Below are positions 36,901-45,379 of a stretch of DNA of 64,000 nucleotides, piece by piece. Numbering within the stretch: the first letter of the stretch is position 1; each line of letters starts with the position of its first letter. The stretch lies in assembly GCA_903830945.1 (NCBI GenBank), contig CAIKVT010000024.1:11804-75803 (forward strand), in the 5' to 3' direction. The stretch comes from an uncultured Elusimicrobia bacterium (GTDB lineage: Bacteria > Elusimicrobiota > Elusimicrobia > UBA1565 > UBA9628). The notes beneath the pieces are model-generated. The model did not search any database. It had not been told where the DNA came from and was given only the letters and a program-made list of their open reading frames with translations. The position numbers and the translations under genes were made by a program.

Positions 36901-39114
36901 ATGAGCCAACCCGTCTACCGCTACTACGCCAGGAACTCCCGCTCCTCCAAGAGCCGTCGTGCGCTGTGGGCGGCCCTGCGCTGGAGCTTGGCGTCGGGGG
37001 TCGCGCTCTACCTCTGCTGGCTGATTCTTTTCCCGACGCTTTCCGGAAAAATAGGACAGTGGGCCAACGAGCGATGTTTCCTGCTGCTCGGCAAAGCGGC
37101 CTTCCTCGTCCCGGTCCTCATCGGCAGCGGGATATACCGATACTTCAAAGAGGGCCGCCCTGTGGGGCTCATCGTCACGGGCGCCGCCTCTGTGACCTGT
37201 CTGTCCGCGGCCGCCGGCGTCCTGGCCGTCTCAGCGCATGTCTTCGCCAGCGCGCCGATGATCGCGGGGGGGGTACTGGGCAGCGGCCTGGGCGAAGGGC
37301 TTGCCAACGCGCTAGGAGGGTTCGGAGCCTTCCTGGCTTGTACGTCCATATTTTTCCTCACCCTGCAGGCGATCCTGGGCCTGCGGCTCTCTGTCGCGGC
37401 GGCGTGGATCGCGGCCATGGTCATGGATGATTTTCAAAAATGGCGGCGGTCGCGCCAGGAACTCAACAGTCGCCTGGAACGCGCCCCCAAGGGCGATGGA
37501 GCGGTGAAAGACTCAGCCGCCGCACCTCGGCCTGCCCCGCCGGCCGAGCCGGTCAATGTCGTTGAGAACAAGCCGGCCCCACAGACACGAGAAGCAGGCG
37601 GGACGACAAAGCCCCGGAGACCGGCCAAAGCCGGCCAGTTCCAGGTCCCGCCACTGGATCTGCTCAGGCCACGCCCAGCCGAGGCCAACACGGGGAAACC
37701 TCTTGAAAGCGAGATCAAGTCCGCCGTCCTCGCCCTGGAGCAGACCTTCAAGGATTTTAAAATCGAGGCCCGTGTCACGGGCTTCGCGCCCGGGCCCGTC
37801 ATCACCCGCTACGAAGTGACTCCGGCACCCGGAGTCAAGGTCAGCGCTTTCGTCGCTCTCGCAAAGGATATCGCCCGAGCGCTCAAGGCCAAGGGCATCC
37901 GCATCATCGCGCCCATCCCAGGCAAGGACGCGGTCGGCATCGAGATCCCCAACGCCAGGCCGGCCTTAGTGGTCCTGCGCGAGGTCTTGGAGAGTTCGGC
38001 CATGCCACCGGGCGCGCCGCTGCTGACCTTCGCCGTCGGCCTCTCAGCCTCGGGCGAACCGCTCTCAGCTGACCTGCAGAAGATGCCGCATCTGCTGGTC
38101 GCCGGAGCGACCAATTCCGGGAAATCGGTCTTCGTCCATTCCCTGATCCTATCCATACTGTACCGGGCGCGGCCAGACGAGGTCAAGTTCCTGCTCATCG
38201 ACCCGAAGCGCCTGGAACTGACTTTCTATGAGGGCGTCCCGCATCTCTTCGACCCCATCGTGCCGGCGGACAAGGTGACGGTGGTCACCAACCCGAAGGA
38301 AGCCGCCAATTCCCTGGCCAACCTGGTCAAGATCATGGAGAGCCGCTATCAGCGCTTCCAGCTCTACGGCGTACGCAATATCGACGGCTATAACAAGGAA
38401 GCCGACAAGCGGGGCGAACCAAGAGAGTATTTCATCGTAGTGGTCATCGACGAGCTCGCCGACCTCATGCTCGTGGCCGGCGGCAAGGTCGAAGACAACA
38501 TCCAGCGCTTGGCCCAGATGGCCCGGGCCGTGGGCATCCACATGGTGCTGGCCACCCAGCGCCCCTCCGTGGACATCATCACCGGCGTCATCAAGGCCAA
38601 CCTGCCCTGCCGCGTGGCCATGCAGGTCATCTCAGGCGTGGATTCCAAGGTCATCCTGGACATCATGGGCGCCGAGACCCTGCAGGGCCGCGGCGACATG
38701 CTCTACCGCAACGCGGGCTCGCAGGTTCCGGAACGCTGCCAAGGCGCCTACGTCACCGAGGAGGAGATCAACCAGGTCGTGGCCCATCTGCGCGGCCAAG
38801 GAAAACCCGATTATCCGGAGCTCGAGACCATGCCCCGGCCGGGCGAGGCGGACCTCGCCTCCTTCGGCGTGACGGCGCTGGAGTTCTCGCAAGCCTTGAA
38901 GCTGGTGCTGGAGCGCCGCCGTGTGTCCCAAGACTTGCTCAAAAGCCAATTCGGCTCCTCAGCCCGGGCCACCAACATACTCAGCCTCCTGGAGGTCAAA
39001 GGCCTCATCCATAAGCCCGATGGCTCCAACCGCTGGGAAATCCATTTCGACGAGATCGAAGCCTGCCTGCGCGCCGATTTCCCGCAGGTCCCCATCAGCG
39101 AGGGGAAGCGTTGA
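36901..39114 (+). CDS. ftsK: DNA translocase FtsK
   Basis: N-terminal TMs, GPVITRYE, GIEIPN, MPHLLVAGATNSGKS, IDPKRLE, IDELADLM, LATQRPSVD, divergent gamma domain. Confidence 0.95.
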   Translation: MSQPVYRYYARNSRSSKSRRALWAALRWSLASGVALYLCWLILFPTLSGKIGQWANERCFLLLGKAAFLVPVLIGSGIYRYFKEGRPVGLIVTGAASVTCLSAAAGVLAVSAHVFASAPMIAGGVLGSGLGEGLANALGGFGAFLACTSIFFLTLQAILGLRLSVAAAWIAAMVMDDFQKWRRSRQELNSRLERAPKGDGAVKDSAAAPRPAPPAEPVNVVENKPAPQTREAGGTTKPRRPAKAGQFQVPPLDLLRPRPAEANTGKPLESEIKSAVLALEQTFKDFKIEARVTGFAPGPVITRYEVTPAPGVKVSAFVALAKDIARALKAKGIRIIAPIPGKDAVGIEIPNARPALVVLREVLESSAMPPGAPLLTFAVGLSASGEPLSADLQKMPHLLVAGATNSGKSVFVHSLILSILYRARPDEVKFLLIDPKRLELTFYEGVPHLFDPIVPADKVTVVTNPKEAANSLANLVKIMESRYQRFQLYGVRNIDGYNKEADKRGEPREYFIVVVIDELADLMLVAGGKVEDNIQRLAQMARAVGIHMVLATQRPSVDIITGVIKANLPCRVAMQVISGVDSKVILDIMGAETLQGRGDMLYRNAGSQVPERCQGAYVTEEEINQVVAHLRGQGKPDYPELETMPRPGEADLASFGVTALEFSQALKLVLERRRVSQDLLKSQFGSSARATNILSLLEVKGLIHKPDGSNRWEIHFDEIEACLRADFPQVPISEGKR

Positions 39115-39911
39115 CGGCCATGAAGAGGTCCCGGATGAACCTGGCTGCGCTCGTCGCCCTGGCTCTAGCGCTTTCGGCCGCGGCCGCGCCAGAGTCCATG
39201 GCGGCCAGCGCACGTCCGGATGGCCGTCAGCTCGGCGTCGCATCCGCGCCGCCGACCTCGCTGCCCCTCTATCCCGCCACCACCGAGACGCTCACGGTGC
39301 CTCTCATTCTGGAACGCTTCGAACGGTTCGACCGCGACCTACGCACGCTTTCCGCGGCCTTCCGTCAAACCGTGCACTCGGAAGACACCGGCCAGACCCA
39401 AGCCGTGGCCGGGACTCTAGCCTACGGCAAGAAAGACCACCTGCGCATCGAACACCGGACCCCGGAGGCCCAGACTCTGGTCTGCGACGGCTCCCGGGTC
39501 TGGGTCTGGCGTCAGGCCAACGGCCAAGTCATCCGCACCAAGCTCGCAGAATGGAAGAGGTCCCAGCCCCTGGCTCAAGGTCTCCTGGATTTCGGCAACT
39601 ACGCAGAACTCCTGAAGCGCTACGCCGTGACGTTATCCACGGTCTCGGCCGCGTCGGCCGACGGCCACCGCAGCCTCACCCTTCTGCTCAAGCCCCGCCC
39701 GGCCGCAAGCCCGGAGGGGGACTTTCTCCTGACCCTGCGCCTCTCCACGCGCGATTTCTTCCCGTTCGACTCCGAACTGCGCATGGGTTCCGTCTCGGCA
39801 CGCACCGTCTTCACCGATGTCCTCTTCAATCCGGAATTGGCACAGACCCAATTCCAATTCACACCGCCTGCGGGGGCGGACATCCTGGACTTCCCGGCCG
39901 CGCCGCGCTGA
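39111..39911 (+). CDS. lolA: LolA-family lipoprotein carrier
   Basis: Signal peptide, LSAAFRQ, QTLVCDG..VW, FQFTPP.GAD; ftsK-lolA synteny. Confidence 0.8.
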   Translation: MTAMKRSRMNLAALVALALALSAAAAPESMAASARPDGRQLGVASAPPTSLPLYPATTETLTVPLILERFERFDRDLRTLSAAFRQTVHSEDTGQTQAVAGTLAYGKKDHLRIEHRTPEAQTLVCDGSRVWVWRQANGQVIRTKLAEWKRSQPLAQGLLDFGNYAELLKRYAVTLSTVSAASADGHRSLTLLLKPRPAASPEGDFLLTLRLSTRDFFPFDSELRMGSVSARTVFTDVLFNPELAQTQFQFTPPAGADILDFPAAPR

Positions 39912-39914
39912 CTT

Positions 39915-40733
39915 ATGGACCAAGATCGACCTGCCGACCAGACTCCGATCCCTGCATCGGCATCGGCGCCCGCGCAGGAGGTCGGCACTGGCCTCAAGGA
40001 GACCCGCATCTCCCGCGGCTACACCCTGGAGTCGGTCTGCCAACGCACCCGCATCCCGCGCAAGTTTCTGGAAGCCCTAGAAGCCGGCCGCTTCGATGAC
40101 CTCCCGGCGCCGGTGTATCTGCGCAGTTTCCTGGCGGGCTACTGCGAGTACCTCGAACTCGACTTCCAGCCGCTCTGGGACAGGCTCCACCCCGCCCCGA
40201 TCGTCAACGACTCCCCCGCGGGCGCCGATGCCGCGCCGTCCACCAGCGCGCTTCCTCATGATATCCCCGCGACAGCCGACGCATCCCCTGATGGCGTCCG
40301 TGCCGCCGGCGCTCCCGCGGCGTCACCCCTGGAAGCCTCGCCCCACTTCAACGCCCTCCTCTCCGCGCTGGGTGGCATCGTCCTCAGCCTCGCCTTAGCC
40401 CTGGCCCTGGTTTGGTGGGCCGCGCGCGGGCAAGTGGCCAAACTGCCAACCGAGGAAAGCCTTCAGCCGCAGGCGCTGCAGCCCATGCACCCCCTGATCG
40501 GGCCGAAACTTGTCCTCATGTGCCGAGACGAGACCTGGGTCAGCGTCAAAGCCGACGGCGTCATCCTCTTCGCCGGCCGCCTCCCGATGAGCTCGCGGCA
40601 GGAATTCCAGGCCCGCAAACTCATCGTGCTGCGCACCCCGGTCCCCGCGAACCTAGCCCTCACCCTCAACGGCTCCCCCTACAGGCTTCCGCGGCCCGAA
40701 GAGACCGGGGAGTATCGGATAGTGTCCCCATGA
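39915..40733 (+). CDS. rodZ: RodZ-like HTH membrane protein
   Basis: LKETRISRG.TL..V...TRI...LEALE, VYLRSFL, TM helix, C-terminal TWVSVKADG (DUF4115-like). Confidence 0.82.
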   Translation: MDQDRPADQTPIPASASAPAQEVGTGLKETRISRGYTLESVCQRTRIPRKFLEALEAGRFDDLPAPVYLRSFLAGYCEYLELDFQPLWDRLHPAPIVNDSPAGADAAPSTSALPHDIPATADASPDGVRAAGAPAASPLEASPHFNALLSALGGIVLSLALALALVWWAARGQVAKLPTEESLQPQALQPMHPLIGPKLVLMCRDETWVSVKADGVILFAGRLPMSSRQEFQARKLIVLRTPVPANLALTLNGSPYRLPRPEETGEYRIVSP

Positions 40734-41299
40734 ACCTCGCCAACCAGCTGACCATGGCCCGCATCCTCATGGCCCTGGCCATGGTCCTCGCGCTCATGCA
40801 TGCCAACACGGGCTGGCACATCGCCGCCCTGGGACTCTACGCGGCCGCGCTCGTCACGGACTGGGTAGACGGCTATGTGGCGCGCCTGACAAACACCATC
40901 AGCACCTTCGGCAAGATCGCCGACCCGATCGCGGATAAGATCCTCGTCCTGGGCGCCCTCATCGCCCTCATTGAAAAGCGGGCGCTCGACATCCCGCCGT
41001 GGGGGGTGTTCCTGATTGTAGCGCGAGACCTCTTGATCGGCGGGGTACGCACCCTCGCCGCGGTCCAAGGCAAGGTCATGGCCGCTGAGAAGTGGGGCAA
41101 ATGGAAGATGGGCGTCCAGAGCGGCGCGGTGCTGCTCATGCTGGCCATCCTCGTCGTCATTGAAAACGTCGCAGACGCTCCGGCCTGGCTGGAGCGTCTG
41201 CCATACCCTCTTACCGTCCTCTGCGTCTTGCTCACCTGGATCAGCGCTTACTTCTATTACCGCCAAAGCCGCCGCATGATCGAGAATTCATGGGGCTGA
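40730..41299 (+). CDS. pgsA: CDP-diacylglycerol--glycerol-3-phosphate phosphatidyltransferase
   Basis: ANQLTMARI, TDWVDGYVAR, FGKIADPIADK, GKWKM..Q. Confidence 0.95.
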   Translation: MNLANQLTMARILMALAMVLALMHANTGWHIAALGLYAAALVTDWVDGYVARLTNTISTFGKIADPIADKILVLGALIALIEKRALDIPPWGVFLIVARDLLIGGVRTLAAVQGKVMAAEKWGKWKMGVQSGAVLLMLAILVVIENVADAPAWLERLPYPLTVLCVLLTWISAYFYYRQSRRMIENSWG

Positions 41300-41889
41300 A
41301 CCGCGGCGACCGCGCGGCGTCGAGCCCGGCAGAGCTGCCGTGCCGCACGCCCTCAAACAATGCCTTGGCGGACGGCGCGGCGGTCTGGCTTGCCACCGGA
41401 CTCTATTTAAGCTATATTCCATCGACGTTATTGGACGCCATTCCCAGGGCGAAGTTCTTTGAGTGGACGCGTGGGCGCCGCTGGACCGGAGCGGGGCTGA
41501 TGGGGACCGTCGAAGGCCTGATCCTGGCGCCGCTGTTGCCGGCGGCTCCTTTGCGGTTCTGCGCCTTCTGGGCCTGCGCCGTAGCGGTGGCTTGCTGGCT
41601 GTGCGACCGGGCGGAAAAAGCCTTCGGCGTACACGACGACCCGCGCATCGTGCTCGACGAGGTCGTCGGATTTTGGACGGCGATCGCCTTCCTTCCGCCG
41701 CGGCTGCCGGTCTGGATGGCCGCCTTCGTGCTGTTCCGGGTGCTGGACTCGTGGAAGTTGCCGCCTTGGAGTTGGCTGGAACGGCTGCCGGGCGGCTTGG
41801 GAGTGGTGGCCGACGACGTAGGCGCAGGCGTCGCGGCCAATATCGGCCTGCGCATCCTGCTCTGGTTCGTGCCTTGGTTCGGCCTGTGA
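41290..41889 (+). CDS. pgpA: Phosphatidylglycerophosphatase A
   Basis: HDDPRIVLDEVVG, FRVLD.WK, GGLGVVADDV.AG. Confidence 0.9.
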   Translation: MGLNRGDRAASSPAELPCRTPSNNALADGAAVWLATGLYLSYIPSTLLDAIPRAKFFEWTRGRRWTGAGLMGTVEGLILAPLLPAAPLRFCAFWACAVAVACWLCDRAEKAFGVHDDPRIVLDEVVGFWTAIAFLPPRLPVWMAAFVLFRVLDSWKLPPWSWLERLPGGLGVVADDVGAGVAANIGLRILLWFVPWFGL

Positions 41890-43121
41890 AAAAGACGATC
41901 ACGGCGGTCATTGTCCTGCTCGGCCTGGGCGTCTCGGAGGCCCGAGCGCAAGTCGTGGGCATCTCCACGCAGCCGGTCGCCTTCGGGACCTCGACATCGA
42001 CCGTGGCCAACATGACGGCCTATCTAGGTAGCCGGATAGCCCGGGAACGCGGTCCGTGGGTGCTGGGCGAAGTCCTCTTCTTCTCCAAGGACCGCTTGGT
42101 CAGCGACTACTCCTGGCGCGAGGCCGTGCGCGGGCAGCGCGGGTCGCTCTACACCAACGCGGACATCGACTCCGACATCGAACGCCTCCTAGCACTCAAG
42201 AAATTCGACAAAGTGGAGGCCGAACTCTACACGATCCCGGGCGTTCCCGTACCGCCGGAATTCCAAGGCGTGGCGATCTCGACCTCCGAGGTGCGCTTGG
42301 TCTTCTCCATGACCGAGAAATTCGTGGTGGGCGCTTCGACCAAGGTGGTACGACCGCTGGCGCCCGCGGCCGTCTCCGGAGTCGTGCTCACCCCGACGGC
42401 CTACCGGGGCGCGGGCCGCTACGCCACGCCGGGCATGGGCCTCGACATCAACGCGGCCTACTACATCGGCCGCCTCTACGGGGTCAACAACTATCCGCAC
42501 ACCTCGGCCAAGACCAACTACATCGACCGCCTGGGAGTCTGGCTGCTGACCGCAGACGGCAAGATGCAGGTCCAATCCGAGACCTCGCTGCGGCCGGCCA
42601 TGGCCGTGGGCGTACAAGCCACCGCCCTGCTGCGCGACTCCCCGCAGCCGCAGATCAACCAGACCGCCACTCTCACGGTCAAGGCCTCCAACGGGAGTAC
42701 CCAGATCCTCAGCGACGCCTACCTGGTGCTGAGCAAGAAATTCGGGCCGGCGCGCACGAGCGTGGGCGTCATGCAGGGAAACATCGGCAACCTGCCCGGA
42801 AACCTCTCCGAGTTCCTCACGCCTGAAGCCCTGAAATACTACCGAAACGGTCCCGGCGGGCTCCAGGGAGACCACAGCGGCACGGTCGTCAAGAGCCAGA
42901 CCGTGCCCTTCGCCAGCTTCCTATTCATCCCCAAGCCCGCCTATCCGCTGGGAGTCGAGGTCATGAAGTTCAACGGCGCACCCCTGAACCCCTGGCTCAT
43001 CAACTTCAAGGTGGGCTACTTCATCAAGCTCAACTTCGACGTGGCCTACCTCAAGTACGACGGGGGCTACGACGTGCTGGGCGTCCTGCAGTTCCGCTAC
43101 AACTACTTCCCGCAGCGCTGA
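41886..43121 (+). CDS. Putative outer-membrane protein (POTRA-like N-domain plus beta-rich C-domain)
   Basis: GTG start overlapping the pgpA stop, signal peptide ending ARA, DSDIERLLALKKFDKVE, alternating beta pattern ending FRYNYF. Confidence 0.6.
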   Translation: MKKTITAVIVLLGLGVSEARAQVVGISTQPVAFGTSTSTVANMTAYLGSRIARERGPWVLGEVLFFSKDRLVSDYSWREAVRGQRGSLYTNADIDSDIERLLALKKFDKVEAELYTIPGVPVPPEFQGVAISTSEVRLVFSMTEKFVVGASTKVVRPLAPAAVSGVVLTPTAYRGAGRYATPGMGLDINAAYYIGRLYGVNNYPHTSAKTNYIDRLGVWLLTADGKMQVQSETSLRPAMAVGVQATALLRDSPQPQINQTATLTVKASNGSTQILSDAYLVLSKKFGPARTSVGVMQGNIGNLPGNLSEFLTPEALKYYRNGPGGLQGDHSGTVVKSQTVPFASFLFIPKPAYPLGVEVMKFNGAPLNPWLINFKVGYFIKLNFDVAYLKYDGGYDVLGVLQFRYNYFPQR

Positions 43122-43129
43122 GCGGCCCC

Positions 43130-45379
43130 CTAAGGGTACCCCCGCCAACGCCGAGCCGCCCATTCGCAGAGCAGCAGAGCCAAGGCCGCAGCCAGCCACA
43201 AGGGCGAGGCCCAAGGACGACGACGCCGGGTGATCTCTGACTGGCGCCGGAGGGGGGAGAGCTTCTCCAGCAAGGCTGCGGCGTCGCAAGCGGAGAGTTC
43301 GGTGAAGGTCCCGCCCGTGGCCTCGGCCACGCTGCGCAGCCACTTGCGGTCCATGGGGGCCTCGGGCGGCGCCTTGGCCCAATCAAAGCGAACCTCGTCT
43401 TCGCCCCAAGCTTTTCCCTGATAGCGCGCCGAAGCCTTGAGCCTGTGCGCGCCCGGCAAGAGCCCCGTCAACTCCACGGCATAGGTCCCCGGCCCGGTCT
43501 CCCGAGGCAGGACCTGGCGCGACTTGCCGTCCGGGCCCGTCCAGACGACCGTGATCTCGGTGGCGACCGCGGCCGCGGGAGCAAAACCCTCGTCAAAGAC
43601 TCGCAGAGCGACCACGGCCGGCTCCCGTGAGGGCAGGCGATCCGGCAGCGGCGCGAACTTGACCTTGGAAAGCTCCAGGCTGCCGGTCAGGTACTGCACG
43701 GCCCGGGTCCAGAACCGGCCATAAAATCCCGCGGTCCTCCAATCCAGGGCGCCGCCCAAGCGCCAGCGCCAGGTGGAATCCGAACTGACCAGCATGACCT
43801 TGCCGCGTCCATAGTCGCGGATCGCGAACAGCGGCGCCGGCTCACCAGACTCCATACGCGCCTGGGGATGCGCGGCCAGCACCGTGGCCCCCGGCCGCGC
43901 GGCGACGAACTGTCCGTAGCCGTCGAGCTCCGGAAGAGCCTCCCAGGCCGCGCGGGACTGCTCGGGAGTATCGTAAAGCTGCACGAGCGGATGGTTCAGC
44001 GCCACGGGCTTGGCCCGGAACAGGCCGCCGATGAAATCCGGGACCCGGTTGGAAAGCTTGACCGGCAGGACCTCCTCCAGAGGCGTGCCGCGATAGCCGC
44101 CAAGACTGAAGGCATTCTCGCCGCCGATGACCAGCAGGGCACCGCCTTCGGCCACGAAGTTCCTAAGCGATTCAAGGTAGACCAGGGGAATCTGGCCGCG
44201 AAAGCGCTCGTAGGAGAAATTCTCCAGGATAAAAAGGTCGAACTGGCCGATGGTCTGGACGAAGATCTCCGAGGCCGGGAAAGGGATCAGCGAAAGCTCA
44301 TTGTCGGCCACGAGCGTGGGATTCTCGGGATTGCGCAGGATGACGAAGGAGACCAGCTCGTGATTGGGATCAGCCTTGAGGAACTCGCGCAGGTTCGCGT
44401 ACTCGGGACTGGGACGGCCGGCGAGGTACATGATCCGGTACTTCTGCCGGATGACCTCCATCCGGAAGTCACGACGAGCTTGGGCCGGAGCAACCCGGGC
44501 CTCCACGCGGTAGCTCTCGGAGCCCAAAGACTCGGCGGTGGCCGTGAATGTGGCGACCGTCGTCTCAAGGTCCGAGCGCAGCCGGAACTCCCGATGCTCC
44601 ACCGTCTCCCAGCGCTCCCGGTCCGTCCGGCTCCTCTTGAGGAGGTCGAGTCCCAAGACCCGCCCACCCAGGTCCGAGGCCTCGACTGCGGCCTCTACGC
44701 TGACGCGGCCGTGCAGGAATGCGAAATCCGGGGTCTTAAGATCCACGAAAGAGACGCCGCGCTCCCGCTGGGCGGGGCCCACGCCCACGACGTCCACCGG
44801 CATGCGCAGCTCGGCTAAAGCTCGCTCGAGCTCCGGGTCCGACTCGGCGTTGCCGTCGCTGAAGAGCCAGGCCCGCTCCGGCCGCGACGGCTCAGCGCCG
44901 AGGGCAGGTCCTTGGTCGTCCATGACGTCGCGCAGAGCCGACGCCGGCCGCAGGCTGGCCGCCGAGACGGACAGGCCGGCCAGCTCGCTCCAGCCCGCCA
45001 GCCTGCGGCCGCGGTCGCAGAGCGCGTAGAACTGCGGCTCACAGCGCGCCTCCAGCGACCGGCGCCGGCTCTGCAGCCAGTCCAGGGCCGCCCGCAGGCG
45101 GCTGACCGAGCGCAGAAGCCCGCCGTTGCGTGAAGGCGCGGCCATCGGATGGCCGTCGTCGATGAGGACCAGCAGCCGCGGCTTGAAACTCTGCGGCTCG
45201 CTGATGGCCACGGTCGGCTGCAACGCCGCCAGAGCCAAGGCCGCGGCGGCCAGGACCCGCAGCGCCAGCAAGCCGCCGCGCGCCGGCGTACGGCGGCCAT
45301 GCCAGAACACCGCGCCGGCCAGAACCAGCGCCGCCAGGGCTGCCGACCAACCGCCGCCCCACTCCAAGGAGAAGCTCAA
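43130..45379 (-). CDS. MoxR-associated membrane protein with degenerate vWA and GATase1-like domains
   Basis: LVLIDD, FSDGN, SFVILR, LSLIPFP, GGALLVIGG, TWRW, C-terminal EWAARRWRG. Confidence 0.82.
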   Translation of the reverse strand: MSFSLEWGGGWSAALAALVLAGAVFWHGRRTPARGGLLALRVLAAAALALAALQPTVAISEPQSFKPRLLVLIDDGHPMAAPSRNGGLLRSVSRLRAALDWLQSRRRSLEARCEPQFYALCDRGRRLAGWSELAGLSVSAASLRPASALRDVMDDQGPALGAEPSRPERAWLFSDGNAESDPELERALAELRMPVDVVGVGPAQRERGVSFVDLKTPDFAFLHGRVSVEAAVEASDLGGRVLGLDLLKRSRTDRERWETVEHREFRLRSDLETTVATFTATAESLGSESYRVEARVAPAQARRDFRMEVIRQKYRIMYLAGRPSPEYANLREFLKADPNHELVSFVILRNPENPTLVADNELSLIPFPASEIFVQTIGQFDLFILENFSYERFRGQIPLVYLESLRNFVAEGGALLVIGGENAFSLGGYRGTPLEEVLPVKLSNRVPDFIGGLFRAKPVALNHPLVQLYDTPEQSRAAWEALPELDGYGQFVAARPGATVLAAHPQARMESGEPAPLFAIRDYGRGKVMLVSSDSTWRWRLGGALDWRTAGFYGRFWTRAVQYLTGSLELSKVKFAPLPDRLPSREPAVVALRVFDEGFAPAAAVATEITVVWTGPDGKSRQVLPRETGPGTYAVELTGLLPGAHRLKASARYQGKAWGEDEVRFDWAKAPPEAPMDRKWLRSVAEATGGTFTELSACDAAALLEKLSPLRRQSEITRRRRPWASPLWLAAALALLLCEWAARRWRGYP

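Noticed and set aside
36827-36904. Small ORF MTAKANPYGRQ... resembling the MltG N-terminus MTAKAFPEGSQ
   Set aside because: The similarity is too short to be meaningful; there is no SD and the ORF lies within a hairpin.
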